Below, piece after piece: positions 18,957 to 27,732 of a DNA stretch of 62,730 nt. A program made the position numbers and the translations under genes. The notes under the pieces are model-generated. The model was not told where the DNA came from and ran no database searches. It was given only the letters and a program-made list of their open reading frames with translations. The stretch spans positions 1 through 62,730 of the forward strand of contig CAMCWL010000001.1 in the NCBI GenBank assembly GCA_945882655.1, written 5' to 3'. The stretch is from Opitutus sp. GAS368 (GTDB lineage Bacteria; Verrucomicrobiota; Verrucomicrobiia; Opitutales; UBA953). The stretch's first letter is position 1. The number at the start of each line of letters is the position of its first letter.

Positions 18957-19910
18957 ATGTCCGCTCAGCCGCTCAAAGAAGTCCGTATCTTTTCGCCTGC
19001 CACCGTGGCCAACGTGGCCTGCGGTTTCGACGTCCTTGGCTTCTGCATCGATGCCCCGGGCGACGAGATCGTGGCCCGCTTCTCGACCACCCCTGGCCTG
19101 CGCATCACCAAAATCACCGGTGACGACGGCCGCCTGCCCCTCGATTCGAAGAAGAACACCGCTGGCGTCTCCGCCCATGCGTTGCTCCGTCATCTCGGCA
19201 AGAGCGACCTCGGTATCGAGATGGAGATCCACAAGAAGATGCCCTTCGGCAGTGGCCTCGGCTCCAGCGCCGCGAGCGCGGTCGGCGGTGCCTTCGTCGT
19301 CAATCGTCTCCTCGGCGACCCGCTGACGCGTCTGCAGTTACTCCCTTTCGTGGTCGCCGGCGAAGCCGCTGCCGATGGAGCCTGGCATGCCGATAACGTC
19401 GGACCTTGTCTCCTTGGTGGCATCACCCTCATCCGTTCTAACGCTGAGCTCGACGTCATGGACGTCCCGATCCCGGAGCGTCTCTGGGCAGCCGTCGTTC
19501 ACCCTGATATTGTTGTGCTGACCAAGGTCGCCCGCGAGATCATGCCTCGCCAGATTCAGCTCGAGACTTCCACGCAGCAGAGTGGCAATCTCGGTGGTCT
19601 GCTGTGCGGCTTCTTCAAGAGCGACTACGCCCTCATCGGTCGTTCACTTCACGACCTTATCGCCGAGCCCCACCGCCACCGCTTGATTCCTGAGTTCTAC
19701 CGCGCCAAGGCTGCCGCCATGGCTGCCGGCGCGCTGGGTTTCTCGATCTCCGGCGCCGGACCAAGCGTGTTTGCGCTCTGCGACGGCGAGGAGACTGCCC
19801 GTAAGGTCGCCGCTGCCGTCGCCGCCGTGTTCGCTTCGGTGCCGATCAAGGCCACGCCTTACGTCTCGCGCATCAATCCCAAGGGTGTCCATGTCCTCTC
19901 CGAGTCCTAA
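18957..19910 (+). CDS. thrB: Homoserine kinase
   Basis: Has PATVANVACGFDVLG and the GHMP kinase motif PFGSGLGSSAASAV. Confidence 0.93.
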   Translation: MSAQPLKEVRIFSPATVANVACGFDVLGFCIDAPGDEIVARFSTTPGLRITKITGDDGRLPLDSKKNTAGVSAHALLRHLGKSDLGIEMEIHKKMPFGSGLGSSAASAVGGAFVVNRLLGDPLTRLQLLPFVVAGEAAADGAWHADNVGPCLLGGITLIRSNAELDVMDVPIPERLWAAVVHPDIVVLTKVAREIMPRQIQLETSTQQSGNLGGLLCGFFKSDYALIGRSLHDLIAEPHRHRLIPEFYRAKAAAMAAGALGFSISGAGPSVFALCDGEETARKVAAAVAAVFASVPIKATPYVSRINPKGVHVLSES

Positions 19911-21225
19911 GTTGGAATTCGTCTCTACCGTCGATGCTTCCTGTCGCGGTTCCCTGCGTGACGTGCTGCTTTCGGCCATACCCGCTAAGGGCGGCCTCTG
20001 GGTGCCCACGCACATCCCGCAAATCGCGCCCGACTTCGTGGAGCGCCATCGCGACGCTTCCTATGCCGACCTCGCCGAGGCCGTCGTGGCCCCCTATTTC
20101 GCCGAAGTCCTTGGACCGGCCGTCCTTCGTCAGCTCTGTCAGGAAGCTTTCAACTTCCCGGTGCCACTCGTGCACCCCGAGGGATTCAAGGGCACACCGG
20201 CTGAACGCATCGCCGTCCTTGAACTCTTTCAAGGCCCGTCCGCGGCCTTCAAGGACTTTGCTGTCCGCACCCTCGTGCGCGTCACCGCGCGTGTTCTTGG
20301 GGACGAGTTCCCGCAGTTGACCGTCCTCGCCGCGACTTCCGGTGATACGGGCGCCGCCGTCACGGAAGCTTGTTCCGGCGTCCCCGGCGTCCGCGCCGTG
20401 GTGCTCTATCCGCGCATCGGTGTCAGTGGCGTGCAGGAATCGCAGATCGCCCGCGCCCGTCCCGGCGTGGTCGCGCTGTCTGTCGATGGTACGTTCGATG
20501 ATTGCCAGGCGATGGTGAAGCGCGCGCTCGCCGATGAATCCCTGCGCCGTCGCCGCCCATTGCTCACGGCCAACTCCATCAATCCGGTCCGTCTGATCGC
20601 CCAGGTTCCGTTCGCCTTCCACGCCAAGCGTCTGTTGGCTCCGGGCCGCCGGATGGGCATCGTGGTCCCTTCGGGTAATCTCGGTAACGTCGGCGCCGTG
20701 CAGCTCGCCCGCCGCATGGGTCTCGATGTCGCCGCCCTTATCGCCGCGACCAACACGAATTCACCCTTACCCGAGCTTTTCGCTACCGGCGAATATCGTC
20801 CGCGCCGCGCCACGCCCACGGCCTCTAACGCCATGGACATCGGTGACCCGAACAACCTCAGCCGCCTGCTTGCCTGGCGTGAGGGTGGCCCGTCGGTCAG
20901 CGCCGTCACCGTCGACGACAAGGCCACGCTCGATGCCATGCGCCGCGTTCGCGACGCGGGCGGTTATATTCTTTGCCCGCACTCCGCGGTCGGCTGGAAG
21001 GCCGCGGAGGATCTGCTGGCTCGCGACGGCGATAAGCTCGACGACGTCATCGTCTTCGGTACCGCGCATCCGGCCAAGTTCCCGGATGTGTTGCGGGAAG
21101 CCTTTGGGGACGCCCACGCTTCGCGTTTCCCAGGTGAGCTGCCCGCGCCCGCACCGATCAAGATCGGCAACGACTTCGAGGCCGTCCGTAAGGTCCTCGA
21201 ATCTGAAGCCGGTTTCGGTCGCTAA
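19891..21225 (+). CDS. thrC: Threonine synthase
   Basis: Has the PLP-lysine region GPSAAFKDFA and the ATSGDTGAA motif. The start is trimmed to ATG 19891, a 20-nt overlap with thrB. Confidence 0.9.
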   Translation: MSSPSPKLEFVSTVDASCRGSLRDVLLSAIPAKGGLWVPTHIPQIAPDFVERHRDASYADLAEAVVAPYFAEVLGPAVLRQLCQEAFNFPVPLVHPEGFKGTPAERIAVLELFQGPSAAFKDFAVRTLVRVTARVLGDEFPQLTVLAATSGDTGAAVTEACSGVPGVRAVVLYPRIGVSGVQESQIARARPGVVALSVDGTFDDCQAMVKRALADESLRRRRPLLTANSINPVRLIAQVPFAFHAKRLLAPGRRMGIVVPSGNLGNVGAVQLARRMGLDVAALIAATNTNSPLPELFATGEYRPRRATPTASNAMDIGDPNNLSRLLAWREGGPSVSAVTVDDKATLDAMRRVRDAGGYILCPHSAVGWKAAEDLLARDGDKLDDVIVFGTAHPAKFPDVLREAFGDAHASRFPGELPAPAPIKIGNDFEAVRKVLESEAGFGR

Positions 21226-21228
21226 GGT

Positions 21229-21375
21229 TTACTTCGACGCGCTGTCCGGATTCGGCTTGGCTGCGGCCTTCTTGGCGGGCGCGGCTTTCTCGGCGGGCGC
21301 TTGTTCGATCACGATGATGCAGCCCGAGAGGGTGAGGCTGGCGAGGGCGAGGGTGGCTACGAGGGCGGTCTTCAT
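21229..21375 (-). CDS. Small putative lipoprotein (48 aa)
   Basis: MKTALVATLALASLTLSGC has a clean lipobox (LSGC), followed by an Ala/Lys/Pro-rich tail. The only evidence is the signal sequence. Confidence 0.45.
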   Translation of the reverse strand: MKTALVATLALASLTLSGCIIVIEQAPAEKAAPAKKAAAKPNPDSASK

Positions 21376-21412
21376 GTCTGGGAGCATGGGCTGCGGATTG
21401 GCTGGGTAAATC

Positions 21413-21446
21413 CGCAAAACAGAAAGGCCGCCCAGAGGCGGCCTTT
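21413..21446 (-). terminator. Rho-independent terminator ending the TPR-exbB-exbD-exbD operon
   Basis: AAAGGCCGCC-loop-GGCGGCCTTT hairpin (21423-21446). On the minus strand it is followed by CTGTTTTG. Confidence 0.7.
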
Positions 21447-21468
21447 GTAAGCGGTCCTGACGGAGCGC

Positions 21469-21912
21469 TTATTCCGTGTCGGACACCGCGAACGTGACGT
21501 TCGAGATGTTCGCCTTAGCGAGGCAATCGAGGACATTAATCACTCGTTCGTAGCGGGCATTCTCTTCGGCTTGGACCGTGATGAGGAGCTTCGTCTTGGA
21601 CTGCTCGGCGGCCTGTCCCAACTGCTTCATTTGGTTATAGAGGTTCTCGAGGAGCTTGTCGCCAGGGGGGCCGACGGGGTCTTCATTAAGGGTGATTTCG
21701 CCGGTCTCGCTGACGCCGATGGTGACTTCGTCGGGGAGCTCGGTCTCCTTGGCGGTCTCGGCGTTGCCGGGGAGGGTGGTCTTCAGCTCATGTTCGACCT
21801 TCACGGCGCCAGCCATGACCATGAAAAAGAGCATGATCACGAAGACCACGTCGATCATGGGAGCGATCTGGAAGCCGGGATTAGAATCGGCCTGTTCGGG
21901 GGCTTGTTTCAT
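21469..21912 (-). CDS. exbD: ExbD/TolR-family biopolymer transport protein (copy 2)
   Basis: The N-terminal FQIAPMIDVVFVIMLFFM carries the conserved TM Asp. Size is 147 aa. Confidence 0.88.
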   Translation of the reverse strand: MKQAPEQADSNPGFQIAPMIDVVFVIMLFFMVMAGAVKVEHELKTTLPGNAETAKETELPDEVTIGVSETGEITLNEDPVGPPGDKLLENLYNQMKQLGQAAEQSKTKLLITVQAEENARYERVINVLDCLAKANISNVTFAVSDTE

Positions 21913-21915
21913 GGC

Positions 21916-22356
21916 TTATTCTTCGTGGTTGAGGCCGGAGAAGGCGATGTTGTCGATGCCGGCTTCGGCGCCCCATTCGAGGGCCTTAGAGATGTACTTC
22001 GCGTGGCATTCTTTGTCGGCGCGAATCAGTAGGCGGTACTTCTCGTTCGTGCCTTTGCGGTCGGAGAGTTCTTTCGCGATGCCTTCCTTGTCGTTCGGGT
22101 CGATCTCGCGATCGTCGATCTTGTACTTGGCCTGGCCCGTGGTCTTATCCCAGGAGATATTGATGAGTCCCGCAGCGGCCTTGTCGTCGCGCTTGATGCC
22201 GTTGGAGGCGACCGGCAGAGAGATGTTCTTGTCCACCTTGAGCACCTGCGCCGAGGTGATGGACATGAAGAAGATGAGCAGCACCAAGAGCACGTCGATC
22301 ATCGGCGCGACCTGGAACTCCGGTTCCCCTTCTCCGCCTCCTCCTCCGCCTGCCAT
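21916..22356 (-). CDS. exbD: ExbD/TolR-family biopolymer transport protein (copy 1)
   Basis: FQVAPMIDVLLVLLIFFM carries the conserved TM Asp. Size is 146 aa. Confidence 0.88.
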   Translation of the reverse strand: MAGGGGGGEGEPEFQVAPMIDVLLVLLIFFMSITSAQVLKVDKNISLPVASNGIKRDDKAAAGLINISWDKTTGQAKYKIDDREIDPNDKEGIAKELSDRKGTNEKYRLLIRADKECHAKYISKALEWGAEAGIDNIAFSGLNHEE

Positions 22357-22388
22357 GGCTGTGCTTTTTGGTTAGGGGTGGAAGGGAC

Positions 22389-23180
22389 TTACGACTGGAA
22401 GTTCGAGGACGCGTTCCAGTCGGGCTTGGCGGCGTAGATTTCTTCGTCGCCGACCTTACGGCCTTCAACTTCTTCGTAGGGGAAGGCGCGGAACAGGCCG
22501 GTCACGATCTCGGTGATGTCGTGGATGCCTTTGTTAATGCGGTTCGCCAGGAGGTAGTAGGAGATGAAGGCCGGGATCGCGATGAAGAGACCGGAGGCGG
22601 TCGCCACGAGCACTTCACCGATAGCGCCAGAGAGCTTGGAGGGGTCACCCACACCGGAGGTGCCGAGGGTTTCGAACGCGCTCATCATGCCGGTCACGGT
22701 ACCGACCAGGCCGATCATCGGGGTACAGACGCCGATCACGGAGAGGTAGGAGGAACGGCCCTTGAGCTCGGCTTGGACTCGGGTGATTTCGGAGATGATG
22801 GCTTCTTCGGTCATGGTCTTGCCATCCGGGGTGAAGGCGACGCCCGCGCGGACAACGTCAGCGACGGGAGAGCCGGCGGTCTTAGCGAAGGCATAGGCAC
22901 CGACGTAGTCACCTTTTTTGAAGAGCTCGCGGAGCTGAGTGACATGGTCGACGGGGTAGAGCTTACCAGCGCTCGTGCGGATGTAGCCGTCGACGATAAA
23001 CCAGATCATCGCCACGGAACAGGCGGTGATCGGGTACATGACCCAGCCGCCCTCAATGAAGAGGTCCATGAGGGTCTTACTACTGTGGGCGCCACCGGCG
23101 GCTTCCTGGGCCGAGGCTGCGATGGTCATCAGGCCGAGGAGGACGGCGCTGAAGGAGGTATTGCGGAGATTCATCTTCAT
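22389..23180 (-). CDS. exbB: MotA/TolQ/ExbB proton-channel protein with N-terminal signal-like extension
   Basis: Has IGLVGTVTGMMSAF and AIGEVLVATASGLFIAIPA, the two signature helices of ExbB/TolQ. Confidence 0.9.
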   Translation of the reverse strand: MKMNLRNTSFSAVLLGLMTIAASAQEAAGGAHSSKTLMDLFIEGGWVMYPITACSVAMIWFIVDGYIRTSAGKLYPVDHVTQLRELFKKGDYVGAYAFAKTAGSPVADVVRAGVAFTPDGKTMTEEAIISEITRVQAELKGRSSYLSVIGVCTPMIGLVGTVTGMMSAFETLGTSGVGDPSKLSGAIGEVLVATASGLFIAIPAFISYYLLANRINKGIHDITEIVTGLFRAFPYEEVEGRKVGDEEIYAAKPDWNASSNFQS

Positions 23181-23232
23181 GATGATGGGGTGTAGGTTGG
23201 TTTTAGGTTAGGTTTTGGAAAGGGGCAAGGAC

Positions 23233-24249
23233 TCACTTATTGCCTTCGACCTTCTCTTCGGCGGCAAGTTTAGGCTTAGCCATGATGACGCCGTCCGGGA
23301 GGGGGCCGCCGGCGGCGATCTTCTTTTGATCGGCCTCGGCCTTGGCACGTTCTTCCTTGGGAAGCATCTTCTTGGCTTCCTCGGCCTCCTTGGAGACCGG
23401 GTAGGAGACGATGATGTCGTAGAGATAGCGATTGGAGATGGCCTCGAGCTTCTGGTCGCGGAGGGCTGGGCTGTCCATGCCGCGGAATGAGCGGGCGGCG
23501 CCCAGCATAGCTTTGGGGACGATTTCCGACTCGGAGCCGAAGAAGACCGGCACGCGGAGGTAGGTGGTCATCGCGGCCTCGTACTTCTTGGAGGCGAAGA
23601 GCGAGTTGCCTTTGACGAGGTGGAGGCGGGCCTGGAGTTCGGCGGTGTCCACCTTGGTCAGGAGTTCGGTCGCTTCTTTGACGACCGCGTCGTGGTCTCC
23701 CTTGCGAGCGCGCTGCATCAGGCGGGCGAGCTGAATCTGGGTGGCGACTTCGGGGAGCTTAGCGGCCTCTTCCTTCTCGAAGGCGTTGAGGAATGCTTCC
23801 GTGGCGGCATCGTTCTCGAGGCGGTCGAGGGCGTCGAGTTTGACGATGGACGCGCGGGCCCACCAGGAGCCGGGGACGTTCTTGATCGGTTCGAAGAACT
23901 TCAGGACGGCTTCGACGTTATCGAGGGCCTTGGCGGGTTCGCCCCGGCTCACGTTGGCTTGGGCTTCTTGAAGGCGGGAGGGCATGGGCCAGATCACTTC
24001 GGTGACTTCAGACAGCTTGCGGGTGATGGTCGCATCGAAGCCGGCGGCGCTGCTGACTCGGTCGATGGTACCTTTGACGACGTTGATTGTGCCTTTCTTG
24101 GCGTCGACGACCGGCTTGGGTGGGATGGAGTTATCCATCTTGAACGGGTCATTGATTTCCCAGCGTTCACCTTTGAAGACGAAGGTCTGGGCCGGCGACG
24201 AGGCGGCGGCGAGGAGCGCGAGGGCGGGGAAGAGGAGGGAGAGGCGCAT
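23233..24249 (-). CDS. Secreted TPR-like helical-repeat protein (338 aa)
   Basis: Signal peptide MRLSLLFPALALLAAASSPAQ. Helical-repeat content. The gap to the upstream gene is 5 nt. Confidence 0.65.
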   Translation of the reverse strand: MRLSLLFPALALLAAASSPAQTFVFKGERWEINDPFKMDNSIPPKPVVDAKKGTINVVKGTIDRVSSAAGFDATITRKLSEVTEVIWPMPSRLQEAQANVSRGEPAKALDNVEAVLKFFEPIKNVPGSWWARASIVKLDALDRLENDAATEAFLNAFEKEEAAKLPEVATQIQLARLMQRARKGDHDAVVKEATELLTKVDTAELQARLHLVKGNSLFASKKYEAAMTTYLRVPVFFGSESEIVPKAMLGAARSFRGMDSPALRDQKLEAISNRYLYDIIVSYPVSKEAEEAKKMLPKEERAKAEADQKKIAAGGPLPDGVIMAKPKLAAEEKVEGNK

Positions 24250-24254
24250 GGCGA

Positions 24255-27200
24255 TTAGAGTCCGAGGAGGAAGGCTTTGGCTTCTTCCGCTTCGCGGGTA
24301 TCCTTGATGCGATCCTTCTCGAGCATCTCCTTCAGGAGCACCTTAGCAGCGTCCTTCTGGTTGAGCTTCGTGGCGAATAGCTTGGCGGAAGCGAAATAGG
24401 ACTTAGCGGCCCAGACCTCATATTTCTTCCAGGTCATGAAGCAGCGGCGGTAGTAGGCGATGGCCTCGTTATAGCCCTTCTCGTCGGTCGCCTGGCGTTC
24501 GGCCATCAGGCCGAGCCAATAGAGGGAGGCGGCCGTCTTTTCGCCGCGCCATTCCTTGGTCTTGGCGATTTCTTCGAACTCTTCCTTGGCTTCCTTGTAC
24601 TTGGCGAGCTCGGCGAGGGCGCGGGCGCGGGTGAAACGGAGGTCGAGCTCCTTCGACATCAGGATGTTGTTGTCGATGGCCTCGTTGCAGAGCGAGAGGG
24701 CTTCGGCGTACTTCTTGTTGGCGAAGGCGATCTCGGCCAGACCGGCGAAGCCGTAGTCGGCGTATTCCGAGGAGCGGGAATGCTCGAGGATGTAGGCGAA
24801 ATAATCGGCGGCCTTCTTGTTGTCGCCCTTGGAGAGGAGGCTGTCGCCGACGAGTCCGAGGATCGTCGGGTTGAGTTCCTCGGCCTTGTAGTTGGCGGCG
24901 ATCTTGGCGAAGTTGGCGGCGGTCTTCTCGGGTTCGCGGGTGAAGATAGCGAGTTCGCCGAGCGCGAAGAAGCCGCGGGCTTGCGCGACGAGGGAGTTGC
25001 GGTGCTCTTCGAGGCGGAGCAGCTTGACCATCTCCTTTTCGGCGTCGGCGCTGGTGTAGGCGCCGGGTTCGGGCTTGGCGCCCGGCTTCACGCGCTTGAC
25101 CTTGCGGGCGAGCTTCTCGGCGAGGAAAACGATGAGCTTCTCGGTGCCTTCCTGGGTGCGGTCGTTGATGGATTCAGAGACGGCATCGGAAAGAATCTTG
25201 AGCGCGCGCTTCTTCTGGTCGGCGATGGAGGTCTGGCGCTTGGCCTCGACCTTGGCGAGTTCGGCCTCGAGTTCGGTGGAGAGCTTCCGGACGGCCGTCT
25301 TGGCGACGTCGATCTCGGGTTGGGTGACCCCCTGCTTACGCTCGAGTGTGTCGACGGCCTTACGGGCGTCGGCGAGTTGGGCGCTGAACTTCTTGCGGAT
25401 CTTCTCGGATTCGGCAGCGAACTCAGGCATGTCGCCCATGCGTTCGGTGGAGCGGATGACCTCGTAGAGGTAGGTCATCGCCTTCGGGTCGTTGTGGTTC
25501 CAGTCGAAGATTTCCTTGAACAGGTCGCGCATGCGCTTGTGTTCGCCGCGGCCGGGGAGGAGTTTGCGGAGTTCGCCGAGCACGAATTCGAGGGCCTGCG
25601 GATTGGTGCGAGCGCTCTTGGCGGCGGCTTCGTAGGCGTCGATAGCCTTATTGGTGACGGCTTCCTTCTCCTTCTCAAACTTGGTCCTAATCTCGACGAA
25701 TTTGGCCTTGTCGGGGGTCTTGGCGTTGACGCGGACGTCGAGGTCAGCGGCCTTGACCTTCTTGTCGATCTCGTCGGCAAGGGCGATGTTGGCGTCGCCG
25801 ATCAGCGTGTAGACCTCGGGCATCTGGGAGATGACTTCGTCGGTGTTGGTCTTGGCGTAATCCTTGATCCAGTCTTCGCAGAGCTTGATGGTGCCGGGGA
25901 TATCGCGCGGGCTGGTGCCGAACTTGACGATGGCCTGGCGGTAGCGGACGTCGGGGATGAACTGACCCTTCGGGTATTCCTGCTCGTACTTGTCGAAGTC
26001 GGCCTTGGTCTCCTTGTACTTGCCCTGGAAGAACGAGCAGAGCGCGTTCATGTAAAGCACCTGCTGGCGGACCGGGGAGCGTTCGTGCTTCTTGAGGAAC
26101 TCCTCGAATGCTTTCTGGGCGGGCGCCCAATCGACCTGAGAGAAGAGGCAAGCCGCGATGCGGAAGTCGATTTCTTCGATGACCTCGGGGGTGAGAGTCT
26201 TTACGTTGCTCAGGACCCACTTGTAGTGGGTGATGGCCTCGGGGAACTCTTCGCGTTCCTGAGAGATGTCACCGAGGATTAGGGCTATGGGAGAGACCTG
26301 ATCATCCTTCGGGAACTTCGCGATGAACTCCTTACACTTCGCCTGGGCCTCGTTGTTGCGGCCGATGCGGCGTAGGGCGAGGATGTGGTAGTAGTAGGCT
26401 CCGGAGATCCGGCTGAAGCTGGGGCTATTTTCAAAGATATCAAGGAAGGCCACGTGGGCTTCCCACGGGCGATTCAGTTCGAGGAGACAGAGGCCGATGC
26501 GGTAGGAGATGAACGCGTCGTAGTCCTTGTTGGCGTTGAACTCTTCCTGGATCTTCTTGAACTGCACGACCTCCTGTTTGGTCTTCTCGAGATTGGCGGC
26601 CTGTTCGGGGTTCGGCTTGGGGAAGTTCTTCGTCATCGTATCGACCTCCGCCTGCTTGGCCTCGATGGCGCGACCGAAAGAGCTGCTCAGGTTAGCGCGA
26701 CGCAGCGTACCCTGGTAATTGGTGAGGGCCTGACGATAGAAGTCGCCGCGGAAATTCTCGTCGGCGGCCGTTTCGGCGGCGGAGAAGCGGGCGTCGCCGA
26801 TTTCGAGGCGCTGAAAATTGGAGCGAACGACTTCGACGGGTGAACCGGTGCTCTTCGCGTCGATTTCGTTCTTCAGCTGGGTCGCTTCCTTGGTCAGGCC
26901 AAGCTTGGTGTACATGTCGACCAGCTTGTAAGCGGCCTCACGGCTTTCCGGGGTGCTGATGCCGCCGGCGGTCGCTTGCTTCAGGAGAGTGATAGCCTGG
27001 GCGAAGGCCGCGCGCTTGACTTCGTCCGGCGAGCTCTTGGCGCGGTCGACGAGGATTTGGGCGGAAAGGGTGAAGGCGCTGACGCGCTCTTCGGGGCGAG
27101 CGAGTGTGTTGGTGCGAATCTTCTCAAGGCGGGCGAGCGCGAGCTCCCATTTGCCCTGCTTGGAAAAGGCTTCGATGAGCAGAAGTTCGGCGGTGCCGCG

Positions 27201-27593
27201 GCGATTATCGGTATCAGACAGGAAGTCCTCCGTGCCCTTGGGGAACTTGTCGAGGAAGGCGGTCAGTTCGGTTTCAGCCCGCGGCCAATCCTTGATGAAG
27301 AAATGACAGAGCGATTTCTGGAACGAGACGACGGCCTTCAGCTTCGGCTCGACGTCGACGGCTTTGGCGTCGAGATCCTCGAACAGTGCGAGGGCCTCCC
27401 GGTACTTCTTTTCTTCAAGGTTCTTGATCGCATCCTTGTAGAGGAGGGACAGCGGGTCCTCTTGGGGCTTCTGAGCGGTGGGCAGCGGGCGAGTCTGCGC
27501 CTTGAGGTCGCCGCTGACAGGGGTCAGGGCAATGAGGACGGCGAGCAGGGCGGCCTTGGCCAATTTATAGGTGCGGGACTCTTTGATAAGCAT
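24255..27593 (-). CDS. Large secreted TPR-repeat protein (about 1112 aa)
   Basis: The start is trimmed to ATG 27593 (MLIKESRTYKLAKAALLAVLIALTPVSG, a signal or anchor). There are many TPR-like A-x-Y/F...G...A-x repeats over the whole length. Confidence 0.7.
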   Translation of the reverse strand: MLIKESRTYKLAKAALLAVLIALTPVSGDLKAQTRPLPTAQKPQEDPLSLLYKDAIKNLEEKKYREALALFEDLDAKAVDVEPKLKAVVSFQKSLCHFFIKDWPRAETELTAFLDKFPKGTEDFLSDTDNRRGTAELLLIEAFSKQGKWELALARLEKIRTNTLARPEERVSAFTLSAQILVDRAKSSPDEVKRAAFAQAITLLKQATAGGISTPESREAAYKLVDMYTKLGLTKEATQLKNEIDAKSTGSPVEVVRSNFQRLEIGDARFSAAETAADENFRGDFYRQALTNYQGTLRRANLSSSFGRAIEAKQAEVDTMTKNFPKPNPEQAANLEKTKQEVVQFKKIQEEFNANKDYDAFISYRIGLCLLELNRPWEAHVAFLDIFENSPSFSRISGAYYYHILALRRIGRNNEAQAKCKEFIAKFPKDDQVSPIALILGDISQEREEFPEAITHYKWVLSNVKTLTPEVIEEIDFRIAACLFSQVDWAPAQKAFEEFLKKHERSPVRQQVLYMNALCSFFQGKYKETKADFDKYEQEYPKGQFIPDVRYRQAIVKFGTSPRDIPGTIKLCEDWIKDYAKTNTDEVISQMPEVYTLIGDANIALADEIDKKVKAADLDVRVNAKTPDKAKFVEIRTKFEKEKEAVTNKAIDAYEAAAKSARTNPQALEFVLGELRKLLPGRGEHKRMRDLFKEIFDWNHNDPKAMTYLYEVIRSTERMGDMPEFAAESEKIRKKFSAQLADARKAVDTLERKQGVTQPEIDVAKTAVRKLSTELEAELAKVEAKRQTSIADQKKRALKILSDAVSESINDRTQEGTEKLIVFLAEKLARKVKRVKPGAKPEPGAYTSADAEKEMVKLLRLEEHRNSLVAQARGFFALGELAIFTREPEKTAANFAKIAANYKAEELNPTILGLVGDSLLSKGDNKKAADYFAYILEHSRSSEYADYGFAGLAEIAFANKKYAEALSLCNEAIDNNILMSKELDLRFTRARALAELAKYKEAKEEFEEIAKTKEWRGEKTAASLYWLGLMAERQATDEKGYNEAIAYYRRCFMTWKKYEVWAAKSYFASAKLFATKLNQKDAAKVLLKEMLEKDRIKDTREAEEAKAFLLGL

Positions 27594-27672
27594 CGGTTGA
27601 GGGGAGCGTTTAGCTCCGCATCTGGGGGTATGTAGAATTAGCCTAGCCGGCCGCAGATTGCCAAGCAATAAG

Positions 27673-27702
27673 CCCCTTTTGAAAGACAATCATTCAAAGG
27701 GG
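27673..27702 (-). terminator. Probable terminator after the ArsR-methyltransferase gene
   Basis: CCCCTTTTGAA / TTCAAAGGGG imperfect hairpin. On the minus strand it is followed by CTTATTGCTT. Confidence 0.45.
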
Positions 27703-27732
27703 GATACCCCAAGGATGGCCCCTGTGAATAAC

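Noticed and set aside
24780-26282. 500-aa plus-strand ORF inside the large TPR gene. Similar long antisense ORFs occur at 614-1756, 16488-17672, 39389-40102, 43972-45675, 46770-48011 and 60608-61573.
   Set aside because: All lie opposite genes with strong motif support. They have Gly/Arg/Asp/Leu-rich nonsense composition and the wrong GC3 phase. They were treated as artefacts of a high-GC genome.
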